From: a virus
IMG/VR virus record: IMGVR_UViG_3300024239_000132
Coordinates: 1-64,000 of that record
DNA: 64,000 bases
Direction: 5' to 3' (one strand)
Shown here: one piece after another, positions 50,345-58,194 of the stretch
Numbering within the stretch: the stretch's first letter is position 1
How the letters are laid out: every line of letters begins with the position of its first letter
Made by a program: the position numbers and the translations under genes
The notes under the pieces: generated by a model
Seen by the model: the letters and a program-made list of their open reading frames with translations, nothing else
Told to the model about the DNA's origin: nothing
Databases searched by the model: none

Positions 50345-50715
50345 CGGCCTGCCTCCTTGAGTGCTGCGAGAAGGTCGCGGGCGCGTTCAAAGTCCTCGTA
50401 TGAGAACCAGTCCTGCACCCTGTCGCGGTAGATCATTTCCCAGACGGCTTGCGTGTCTTTCGGGTCATCCTCGCCGACGAACGCAAACGCCTCCAGCGCC
50501 TCAACAAGCCGGTGATGGCTGTTCACTGCATGGACGATGAAGGCGGCGTTGGCTTCGACACGCGAGTATTCACCGGCGTCAATTTCGGTCGGCCAAGGCA
50601 GTGCTGCGCAAACAAGCCCGCCAAGGTTACTGCCAACAATATACACGCCGGGGTCATTTTCGGTTTCCAGCACCTGCGCTTCCCAAGGCAAAGGCGTATG
50701 TGCAGTCTCAGTCAT
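50341..50715 (-). CDS. Hypothetical protein (HTPxPW..ANA phage family)
   Basis: MTETAHTPLPW..EANAAFIVHAVNSH..LVEALE. Confidence 0.65.
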   Translation of the reverse strand: MTETAHTPLPWEAQVLETENDPGVYIVGSNLGGLVCAALPWPTEIDAGEYSRVEANAAFIVHAVNSHHRLVEALEAFAFVGEDDPKDTQAVWEMIYRDRVQDWFSYEDFERARDLLAALKEAGR

Positions 50716-51058
50716 GGCGGGCATCCCCAAAGCAAATCTCACCGGCCCGTGAAATGTCCTTGCCGCAGACCTTGCATCGCAGCGTGTGCAGTTCGCCGTT
50801 GCGGGCTTTGATCTCGGGCGGGCAGTCTGGATCACCCGGCCCCCACGAGACGTGCTTGCGGCTGATGGCGCGGTCAAAGGCTTCCGCGATCTGCACAGCC
50901 AGCCATGCAATGCGCGGTTCCTCGGTGTTGCTTTCCAGCCAAAGCGCGATGTGGCCCGCGTTGGTGATGTCGAGTTCGGCACAGTAGCGCTCGACTGCAT
51001 TGCTTGCCTTTTCCATCGCCTCGGGGGTGAATGGTGATTGCTTCTGGTTCTCACTCAT
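50708..51058 (-). CDS. Hypothetical protein (island)
   Basis: DCPPEIKARNGELHTLRCKVCG. Confidence 0.6.
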   Translation of the reverse strand: MSENQKQSPFTPEAMEKASNAVERYCAELDITNAGHIALWLESNTEEPRIAWLAVQIAEAFDRAISRKHVSWGPGDPDCPPEIKARNGELHTLRCKVCGKDISRAGEICFGDARHD

Positions 51059-51201
51059 TTCGCTTCACTCCAATGCGGCACACCCCGCCCCGCCAGCGTG
51101 AATTGATCCATCATCTTGTTCCATTGAATCCTGGCCCAGATCGCTAGTCCAACCAGACAAAGAAAGACGAACGTGGCAGGAATCATTATGACAAAGAGCA
51201 T
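51055..51201 (-). CDS. Small membrane protein (island)
   Basis: MLFVIMIPATFVFLCLVGLAIWAR. Confidence 0.5.
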   Translation of the reverse strand: MLFVIMIPATFVFLCLVGLAIWARIQWNKMMDQFTLAGRGVPHWSEAK

Positions 51202-51252
51202 GCTGTGTTCCCTTTCTGGTTCGCAGCTAGCGGAGCCGGGTGTAATTGCCAA

Positions 51253-51484
51253 TCCATACAAAGCCCATACAGTAGCTTTTTAAGATGAGCATTTTATCAC
51301 ATAAATTTAGTATCTTAGTGGAATTCGCCTTGTCCCTTCACACGGGTGGGGTCACAGGTTCAATCCCTGTCGCGCCCACCACTTAAACCCCTGAAATTAC
51401 TAGGTTTTAAGTGGCTTGGTTGACCGAACCAAGAAAGCCAAAATACGGCAAAACACGTCAAATTTCATACAAATCCATACAAAA
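51253..51484. other. attP site: tRNA-Val core with arm-type repeats
   Basis: Core 51334-51381; CATACA(AA) pairs at 51253-51272 and 51464-51484; AT-rich spacer. Confidence 0.8.
51334..51381 (+). tRNA. 3' half of tRNA-Val(CAC) (att core, not an intact gene)
   Basis: CCC-TTCACAC-GGGTG GGGTC ACAGG-TTCAATC-CCTGT CGCGCCC A CCA; 5' half absent. Confidence 0.88.
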
Positions 51485-51579
51485 CGCATGCAGAGCCCAG
51501 ACGGTGCAGCAGATAACTTCAGCACTAGGCGTTGCATGATTCGTTTGGCATAAGCCTCTCACACTTATGAGGAATGCTT

Positions 51580-51900
51580 ATGCGGACGATGATTGTGTTG
51601 GGTCTGAGCCTGGCTTTGGGAGCATGCTCTTCGACAATGACCCAGGAACAGGCCATGGCTCGATACGGTACTACTGATCCTGCTACGATCGCTGCGATTC
51701 AGCAGAGGAATTACAACCAGACCATGAACAATCTGACTGCCATGAACAGCCAGATGCAACAGAACGTAGCCACGGGATGGGTTACCTTGAGCCAAGGGCA
51801 ACAGCCCCCAGCTGTAGGCAATTACCAGTACCAGGGATCCGATGGATCATGGATCTACTGTGTTCGTGTAAGCGCCAGTGTCGTTAACTGCCGCCAATGA
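51580..51900 (+). CDS. Lipoprotein (moron-like)
   Basis: MRTMIVLGLSLALGAC lipobox; opposite strand to neighbours. Confidence 0.75.
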   Translation: MRTMIVLGLSLALGACSSTMTQEQAMARYGTTDPATIAAIQQRNYNQTMNNLTAMNSQMQQNVATGWVTLSQGQQPPAVGNYQYQGSDGSWIYCVRVSASVVNCRQ

Positions 51901-52119
51901 GTTGTGGGCAATCTCAGGATAGAGGGCGTCCGACCAGGGTTTCCCGGAAGCAACCCAACCAGCATAGAAAGCTGGGAGGTCAGCTTCCGGGAGAGATGCT
52001 TCCAAGGCTGCATTCTCATAGGTTCCCGCGGTGAACAGAAGACCTGTCACCTCCAGCTCTGGATGGGCAACAGCAACTTCATCGAAGTCTTCGAGTAGGA
52101 TGCTTTTAAGGGATTGCAT
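51847..52119 (-). CDS. Hypothetical protein
   Basis: GGAG SD; follows integrase. Confidence 0.55.
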   Translation of the reverse strand: MQSLKSILLEDFDEVAVAHPELEVTGLLFTAGTYENAALEASLPEADLPAFYAGWVASGKPWSDALYPEIAHNSLAAVNDTGAYTNTVDP

Positions 52120-52166
52120 GGCAAGGCTCCGTGAAAATTTACACGTTGAGTCTTGCTACCCTCAAG

Positions 52167-53273
52167 TCAAGCCTTCCTCAGTTTGATCTTGGTCTTGGCC
52201 TCGGCTCTAGCAATGCCTGCGAGCTGGGCTTCATGGACCTTGTTGGCGATCTCTTCTGCGTGGGTGTAGGTACGCTTCATCAAATTGACGTCAGCCCACC
52301 CACCAAAGGCAGCAGCTGCCTTCTCGTCGATAGAGTGCCTGACGTTCAGTTCCTGACCGAAGCCATGTCTGCCGGCGGCATGGAACGGGATGAATTCTAT
52401 CTTGGCTTTCTCGATAGCCTTGTTCCAAGCCTTGCGAGGAGAAGATCTTTCGGCATAGCCGAATAGGCGCCGGTTACGATCGGTATGTTCCCAGCCTCTG
52501 GGATAGAGTTCAGGTGGCAGCTCTCTGAGTTCGGCCGCCAGCCATTCAGGGATATCGAGCCAGCGATCTCCCATTCCCTTGGCTCCAGGAATGCACAGCC
52601 TTGATCCGGCAGAATCGAAATGGCTGGGGTGCATTTCCATAGCCTGAGAAATTCGAGCACCGGTAGCGAACATGGTCAGAGCCAGAGCTCTCACTCTTGG
52701 TTCGGCATGCTCGCAGAATTGGAGGATCCATTCCCATGAGCCAGGAGGATAATGCTTTCGGCCAGATGAGCCTCGTCTCTTGTCCTGCCTGGTTCGCTCC
52801 TGACGATCATAGCCCTTGATTTTAATGGGGGCACATTTGCCCAGATCATGGGCATTGTTGATGACAGATCGGACAGGAGTCAGAACCTGACGGGTCCATG
52901 TGACGGTACCAGCATCAGGGTAGATTTCTCGAGCGAGTTCTCTCACCATTTTGGGGGTGATCTCGATCAGAGGCTTTTCACCCCATTCCTCGAGTATCGG
53001 TATAAGATAGCCGGCAGTCTTGGCATTGGCCTCGTACAGCAGACAGGCTTCGGCAAAGGTGAATGCCTTTTCCTCTTCCTTGTCTGCTGTTTCAGGACCA
53101 AGCAGAAAGCGTCGGACTATCCTTGCTTCTTCCTGCCTGCACCACTCCCACGCACCTTGCTCTGATAGAGCTCCAGTGCTTTTCTGGTAGTAGTCTGAGA
53201 TGGGCCGGCCTTCGTGCGTGACTCGACCTTTGGCCCACCATTTGGTGCCTCTGAGGTACGGTTCGAGCGGCAC
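52167..53273 (-). CDS. int: Tyrosine recombinase (phage integrase)
   Basis: TGARISQ (R), GAKG (K), FHAAGRH (H..R), GGW (W), RTYTH (Y); N-terminal arm-binding-like region. Confidence 0.92.
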   Translation of the reverse strand: MPLEPYLRGTKWWAKGRVTHEGRPISDYYQKSTGALSEQGAWEWCRQEEARIVRRFLLGPETADKEEEKAFTFAEACLLYEANAKTAGYLIPILEEWGEKPLIEITPKMVRELAREIYPDAGTVTWTRQVLTPVRSVINNAHDLGKCAPIKIKGYDRQERTRQDKRRGSSGRKHYPPGSWEWILQFCEHAEPRVRALALTMFATGARISQAMEMHPSHFDSAGSRLCIPGAKGMGDRWLDIPEWLAAELRELPPELYPRGWEHTDRNRRLFGYAERSSPRKAWNKAIEKAKIEFIPFHAAGRHGFGQELNVRHSIDEKAAAAFGGWADVNLMKRTYTHAEEIANKVHEAQLAGIARAEAKTKIKLRKA

Positions 53274-53512
53274 TTCTCACCTTCCTTGAGTATCAGTTCC
53301 ATGTGACCCACGGTGATCAGCATGGTTCGTCCGAGCTTTATCCGAGCACCGAGCTTGTTGGCCTTCTCTCTGAGACTCCGTTCAGAGATGGTAATGCCCT
53401 TCTCGGCCAGCAACTCCACCCATTCGGATGGTTGCTTTCCGTGTTCGATGACATGGGGAACAGACGGGTTCAAGGGAATGAAAGAGCGACCGATGAAGTC
53501 ATGCACAGCCAT
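53117..53512 (-). CDS. Excisionase-like winged-HTH protein
   Basis: ISERSLREKANKLGARIKLGRTMLIT; overlaps the int 5' end. Confidence 0.6.
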   Translation of the reverse strand: MAVHDFIGRSFIPLNPSVPHVIEHGKQPSEWVELLAEKGITISERSLREKANKLGARIKLGRTMLITVGHMELILKEGEKCRSNRTSEAPNGGPKVESRTKAGPSQTTTRKALELYQSKVRGSGAGRKKQG

Positions 53513-53523
53513 GGGTCAGCCTT

Positions 53524-54042
53524 TCACTCAAAGATCGATGCCACCGGCTCGTCAGCTTGGTTGGCGTACTTGCCAGTGTAAGCAGCTGGATGAGCGATCT
53601 GGTGGAATATCACTTGTGCGATTCCCGAACCAGCAGGGACGTGAATGAGTTCCGGCCCATTGAAGGTCAGTTCCAGGGTCAAGTGGCCCGACCATCCCGG
53701 TTCAAGGTTGGTAGTCCTACTGGCGTCGAGACCTACCCTCGCCCAGGTGGATTTGTTGAGCACATGGCCCATCAGGTCATTGGGAAGGTCGAAGCATTCT
53801 AGAGATGATGCCAGAACGAATGAACCGTAGGTTCTCGGACCATCATCTACACGATACATCGGTGGTCGATGCATTTCCCCGCTGAAGTGATACAGTGGGG
53901 GGTAGAATGTGACGCTCTGCTTGATCCGAATATCGTAGCCACATTCCGTCAGGCCATGGCTAACGCCATTATGTTTGACCTTGCGAGCGAGCATGTCCTT
54001 GATCGGAGCTGCCTTGAGCAAGCTGGGTCCGTTGATGACCAT
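53524..54042 (-). CDS. dcd: dCTP deaminase
   Basis: GYDIR, NKSTWARVG, LEPGWSGHLTLE, GIAQVIF, YTGKYANQ. Confidence 0.92.
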   Translation of the reverse strand: MVINGPSLLKAAPIKDMLARKVKHNGVSHGLTECGYDIRIKQSVTFYPPLYHFSGEMHRPPMYRVDDGPRTYGSFVLASSLECFDLPNDLMGHVLNKSTWARVGLDASRTTNLEPGWSGHLTLELTFNGPELIHVPAGSGIAQVIFHQIAHPAAYTGKYANQADEPVASIFE

Positions 54043-54209
54043 TAGATCACTCCTGTGAGTACGGACAGCAGCCGGGTATGTTCGAAATCGAGCCTACCCT
54101 GTGCCTTGTTCCGCTCATTTGCATCACGGTGCCCGGCACTTACATGTTCACGGACAGCGTATTCGAAGTCAGCGATCAGCTTGAAAGCTGCACGCTTGGA
54201 AGTGGCCAT
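54042..54209 (-). CDS. Small hypothetical protein (55 aa; not in ORF track)
   Basis: MATSKRAAFKLIADFEYAVRE..; start and stop coupled to both neighbours. Confidence 0.6.
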   Translation of the reverse strand: MATSKRAAFKLIADFEYAVREHVSAGHRDANERNKAQGRLDFEHTRLLSVLTGVI

Positions 54210-54628
54210 CAGCCTCGATCCTCCCGAAGCATCTCACCGATGCGGCAGCCGATAGCGTTGTAGATCCGTTCGATCTCACGCTGGTCTGCATCTTCGATGA
54301 GCCAGTTCTGGATGTACTCGACAGTCAGGATCTTGCTGAGCTGAGGCGTCATCGGAGCAGGCTTGGGATCAGCCCTCACTTCTTCCACTGGTTCAGCCGG
54401 AATGCTGTCCGACAGGTCGACCGCGGTATCCGTGACCTCGATGTTCTCAGGCGCCTGAGGCTGGCTGTTAAGCAGTTCGTCGAGCATCTGCTGGACCCAT
54501 GCCATGAGACCAGACTTGTCGGTCGGGATATCGATCTGGGAATAGTCCTTGTTGACCTTCCCTGCATCAGCCTGGGTACCAAGTATCCTGGTATGGCCCG
54601 CTACATCGACGGCGAGATAGAAAATCAT
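54209..54628 (-). CDS. Hypothetical protein
   Basis: In operon. Confidence 0.65.
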   Translation of the reverse strand: MIFYLAVDVAGHTRILGTQADAGKVNKDYSQIDIPTDKSGLMAWVQQMLDELLNSQPQAPENIEVTDTAVDLSDSIPAEPVEEVRADPKPAPMTPQLSKILTVEYIQNWLIEDADQREIERIYNAIGCRIGEMLREDRG

Positions 54629-54670
54629 CTAAATCTCTTTCTTTTTGATTGACAATGTGAAGTATAGTCG

Positions 54671-54694
54671 CAATAACGGCTACGCCGTTATTGG
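54671..54694 (+). promoter_or_regulatory. N4 vRNAP-type hairpin promoter candidate (template = minus strand, +1 at 54693)
   Basis: Template reads CC-AATA-ACGGC-GTA-GCCGT, the N4 CC-N4-stem-GC-GNA-GC spacing. Confidence 0.55.
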
Positions 54695-54724
54695 CGACAC
54701 TCCAACATTATTGAGGAAATACTA

Positions 54725-54787
54725 ATGGAACTCAGCACTATTGCTTGGATAGCACTGGACGTTGCCATCTGGTTGTTCGGAGACTGA
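54725..54787 (+). CDS. 20-aa hydrophobic peptide
   Basis: GAGG SD; MELSTIAWIALDVAIWLFGD; has its own terminator. Confidence 0.55.
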   Translation: MELSTIAWIALDVAIWLFGD

Positions 54788-54794
54788 CTCAACC

Positions 54795-54821
54795 ACCCCC
54801 GGAGTGATCCGGGGGTTTTTT
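54795..54821 (+). terminator. Rho-independent terminator
   Basis: ACCCCCGGA-GTGA-TCCGGGGGT followed by TTTTT. Confidence 0.85.
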
Positions 54822-56014
54822 CATGCGTTGATGCAAATGAGCTGGCCAAACGGAACCTTGGCTTCTCTGCCATTGATGGCGATCCAGATGGTGGGACACT
54901 TGGGTCCCGGCTGCATCGGTGTGACGTACATATCGGAGAAGATGATGGCTGCCGTCGGATTGACATCCATCATGTGCTGACGGATTTCCTTGAAGCAGGT
55001 GCCACCACGACCTTGAACATCGATCCCATCGAAGGGATCATCTTCGGTCAGCTCGACAATCTTCTGAATCTTGGTGTCAAACATGACGATGGTCATCTTC
55101 TCAGGATTGTACTTGGTCTTGATGGCCTTCACTTCGGAGTTCATCCGGTCGGTGACTGGTCCTCTGGTGGAACCAGAAACGTCCCAGTAGAATGCCAGAT
55201 GAGTAAGGCGTTCATCGCTTTCCAGGGAGGGCATGTAGATGTCCGGATACCGACGGTTTGGACGCCGGTAGGTATAGTCATCCGAGCACCTCTCATCGAG
55301 AAAGCGATCGAGCAGCACATCCCAAGCAACCTTAGGGGTAAGGAACTTGTTGATGTGCTCAACAACAGATCCAGGAACAGCGCCAGGCTTGCCGGCCGCT
55401 ACTGCTGTGTGAGCAGCCTGGATCACATTGTTGATGGCCCTCTGGGTATCTTCCATGGACATTTGAGGAGCCATATCCTGCCCATTGGTTCCACCTGTAG
55501 GCATATTCCCTTGTGGACCAGACGATGGATCTCCATCAGCTGAACCAGGACCACGAGGGGCACATGGGGGGTCTGGCAGATCGGCATAGATATCTTCTAC
55601 TGCCCATCCCCGGTACTTTTCGTCCCAAATGAAGTAAGGACTCTCAACGGCATAGCCGTCTTTCTTGAGGTTGTTGTTGATGTCGATATCGCAGGCGATG
55701 TTCCATTTCTTCGGATCCCTGTCGCCCATACGAGCGAAGTGAAGATTGGCGGGATGCCAGATCTCGTGAAGCAGAGTGGATTTCCTGAGCTCAGGGGTGA
55801 GCTCAAGGAAATCATTGGGATTCCACCAGACATGGATGCCGTCAGTCGCAGCTGTCTGCACATCCAATGTCCAGATGAATTCCATACCGCACATCAGGGG
55901 ACCCAGGAATGCTCCATTGTCCCCCAGAAATGCTGCTGTCTTGGCTCGATCGAACTCCTGATTAAGGGAGTCCATATCGAAGCCAGAATCGCTGGAAAGC
56001 GGTCGGAAGCTCAT
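54821..56014 (-). CDS. Metallopeptidase-vWA protein (N4 gp25-like)
   Basis: TAATDG, HEIWH, WNIACD; vWA DVSGS, GRGGT. Confidence 0.88.
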   Translation of the reverse strand: MSFRPLSSDSGFDMDSLNQEFDRAKTAAFLGDNGAFLGPLMCGMEFIWTLDVQTAATDGIHVWWNPNDFLELTPELRKSTLLHEIWHPANLHFARMGDRDPKKWNIACDIDINNNLKKDGYAVESPYFIWDEKYRGWAVEDIYADLPDPPCAPRGPGSADGDPSSGPQGNMPTGGTNGQDMAPQMSMEDTQRAINNVIQAAHTAVAAGKPGAVPGSVVEHINKFLTPKVAWDVLLDRFLDERCSDDYTYRRPNRRYPDIYMPSLESDERLTHLAFYWDVSGSTRGPVTDRMNSEVKAIKTKYNPEKMTIVMFDTKIQKIVELTEDDPFDGIDVQGRGGTCFKEIRQHMMDVNPTAAIIFSDMYVTPMQPGPKCPTIWIAINGREAKVPFGQLICINA

Positions 56015-56172
56015 CGATCCCACCTTTTGAAAGTAAGCCGGTGTGCCCATTCCCTTCCTAGATCGTAAGCGTAATCCAGATGGGTGTATGGGCACTCTTC
56101 GGTGCGGTTGGGGTCAGCCCAGGTAAAGCCCAAGCGAAACTCGAACATGCCCAGTAGAAAGGCTCGAAGCAT
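56011..56172 (-). CDS. Small conserved-type phage protein (53 aa; not in ORF track)
   Basis: MLRAFLLGMFEFRLGFT..AYDLGREWAHRLTFKRWDR; ATGA overlap. Confidence 0.65.
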   Translation of the reverse strand: MLRAFLLGMFEFRLGFTWADPNRTEECPYTHLDYAYDLGREWAHRLTFKRWDR

Positions 56173-56187
56173 AATTGCCTCCCTGGT

Positions 56188-57267
56188 TCAGGCAGCGTTC
56201 TTGAGCTGGCGATCCTGAGGATTAAGATACTGCGACAGTGCCACCATTGCCTTGATGAAAGTCGGATGGCTGTGCAGCTTAGCGTTGCCGGCAATCGCAG
56301 TGCGATAGAACAGGATACGGTTCTCGATACCGAAGCGGTCCATGTACTGAGCCAGAGGACCAAAGGTCTTGTCGTCAGCTTCAGTGGCCAGCTTCATCGT
56401 CACTGCCCAACGGGTAGCCGTATCCCCAGGGATGTTGGCTGACATTGGGTCATTGATGATGGCCCGGATATCCGGAAGCGAAGCGTAGACCTTGGTGAAC
56501 TGCACGAAGTCGACAGCTACGCCTGGGCTGATGGTGCCGACATAGAGAGGAGTCTTGGCATCAGTGATCTCCTGATCTTTGATTAAGCGATTCATGAACT
56601 CCCAGGTACGTTGGCAGCAGAACGTATCGTTCTTGTGATCCGGCTTGAAGTCGTTGAGCGAGCTGGGCTTCCAGTTGAGGTAAGCAATGATCCGCGGATC
56701 ATACTTCTGGGGCGTAGCTACGTCTTCGAGCCACTCCTTGAAGTCCGTCCGCATCTTGATGTGAACCACACGGCTCTGGAGTGCAGTGCCGATACGGGTA
56801 GTGATGGCGCCGTCGGTATCATGGTTGCCGGCCATGGTTGGGGCAACGAATTCATGCAGACGGTGCTGGCCTACCATGCGATCGAGAATCAGCTTGTAGG
56901 AAGCTGCCTGGACTGCCTTGGTGGCCGAGTTGGCCTCATCAAGGAATAGCATCCAGCCCTGCTTGTTCTTGGGCAGAGGAATGCCTTCCAGTGGGAAGAG
57001 CTCCTCGAATGGCATGAAGGCAGCCTTACCATCTTCAGTGAAGCGGGGCAGACCATTCATGTCCGTCGGTTCAGAGGTGCTGAGACGATGATCGATCAGC
57101 TGGAGTTCCAGCTTGTCAGCGACCTGACGCATGATCGAGCTCTTGCCCATCCCGGGCGAGCTTTTCACGAAAGGAACCAGACCAGCATAGATACAGTCTT
57201 CGACGAACTGTGCGGTCTGGCGGGGAGTGCATTCGTAAATGGAATCGAGAGTTGCCTGGTTCGACAT
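56188..57267 (-). CDS. MoxR-like AAA+ ATPase (N4 gp24-like)
   Basis: SSPGMGKS, LFLDEAN, AGN, ALQSR, RTWE. Confidence 0.9.
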   Translation of the reverse strand: MSNQATLDSIYECTPRQTAQFVEDCIYAGLVPFVKSSPGMGKSSIMRQVADKLELQLIDHRLSTSEPTDMNGLPRFTEDGKAAFMPFEELFPLEGIPLPKNKQGWMLFLDEANSATKAVQAASYKLILDRMVGQHRLHEFVAPTMAGNHDTDGAITTRIGTALQSRVVHIKMRTDFKEWLEDVATPQKYDPRIIAYLNWKPSSLNDFKPDHKNDTFCCQRTWEFMNRLIKDQEITDAKTPLYVGTISPGVAVDFVQFTKVYASLPDIRAIINDPMSANIPGDTATRWAVTMKLATEADDKTFGPLAQYMDRFGIENRILFYRTAIAGNAKLHSHPTFIKAMVALSQYLNPQDRQLKNAA

Positions 57268-57289
57268 GGGGTATTCCTCTATTGAGAGC

Positions 57290-57736
57290 TTAAAAAGGGA
57301 AGATTGGTTCGATGCTGTCACCTAAAGGAACCGCATCTAAGTTGATCTCTGGAGTCGGAACAGTAAGTAAACAGCTGTCGTCTGCCGAGGTACGACGTTC
57401 CACGTCGCCATCTTCTTCTCCGCAGCGATAGAACTCGTAAGAGAGATCGAATGCCTCTTCAGCCGTTTCTAGGAGCTGGTTCCATGCTCTGACGCAAGTG
57501 TAGTCGTCGTACCACTTCCATCCGGATACTTCTAATTCCAGCATACCGAATACGGTCGGCAGATACTGTTCAGCCTTGGCGTCCCAAGTTTTGGTTTCGA
57601 AGAGATAGCGCTTTAGGGCGCCATCAAACTCCTTGAGACCCATGTCTTCTCCGGAGAGCTGCTTTGAAGCAAGCAGAGCAGTGATCTTGTCATTGTCGCC
57701 ATAAATGATTGAGCGGACGTTTGAGCGGTAGCCCAT
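57290..57736 (-). CDS. Hypothetical protein
   Basis: MGYRSNV..WKWYDDY..RCGEEDGD. Confidence 0.7.
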   Translation of the reverse strand: MGYRSNVRSIIYGDNDKITALLASKQLSGEDMGLKEFDGALKRYLFETKTWDAKAEQYLPTVFGMLELEVSGWKWYDDYTCVRAWNQLLETAEEAFDLSYEFYRCGEEDGDVERRTSADDSCLLTVPTPEINLDAVPLGDSIEPIFPF

Positions 57737-57762
57737 GGTTTTCCTCGGTGAGTTGATGGGTC

Positions 57763-58194
57763 TCAGAGAGCCAAGAAAGGTCTCTCAGTATCGGGGATTG
57801 GGAGAGCGTCGCTATCTAGTTCATAGCGAAGTCTAAGCATGTTCAGATTTCTCTCGGACCGGTGAGATATGATTTTACCTCTGCCGGTTTCAGGATTGAA
57901 TTCAAGATGCTCATATTGGAGCAAGAATAATTGGTCACAATGAACTAGGAAGTCTTTCCAAAGGGAGCCATTCCATGGAACTTGGCTGTCGAAAAGATCA
58001 TGAACATTTAAATCGATGACGCCAAGGTTGTCCTCCTTTCCTGAAGTGTAGGTAGGTAATGAGAGCCTGTAACGCTTCAGGTAAGGAGTGATGTGGTCGA
58101 ACAGCCCATTGCCTTTGATCAACTGCCATGATGCTATCGCAGCAGTGATCGTATCATCAGGGCCATAAATTAGACCCTTGATCCGGAAACTCAT
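57763..58194 (-). CDS. Hypothetical protein, diverged paralog of 57290-57736
   Basis: IYGPDDTITAAIASWQL vs IYGDNDKITALLASKQL. Confidence 0.6.
   Translation of the reverse strand: MSFRIKGLIYGPDDTITAAIASWQLIKGNGLFDHITPYLKRYRLSLPTYTSGKEDNLGVIDLNVHDLFDSQVPWNGSLWKDFLVHCDQLFLLQYEHLEFNPETGRGKIISHRSERNLNMLRLRYELDSDALPIPDTERPFLAL

Noticed and set aside
51300-51381. Intact tRNA-Val gene
   Set aside because: No 5' acceptor strand (GGGCGCG) or D arm upstream, and the outer anticodon-stem pairs mismatch; better explained as an att core
51334-51381. attL/attR phage-host junction
   Set aside because: Both sides carry phage genes and matching arm repeats, and N4-like synteny resumes to the left (thyX, helicase)
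54821-57267. MoxR ATPase and vWA peptidase as a novel system
   Set aside because: Known conserved N4 gp24/gp25-like pair
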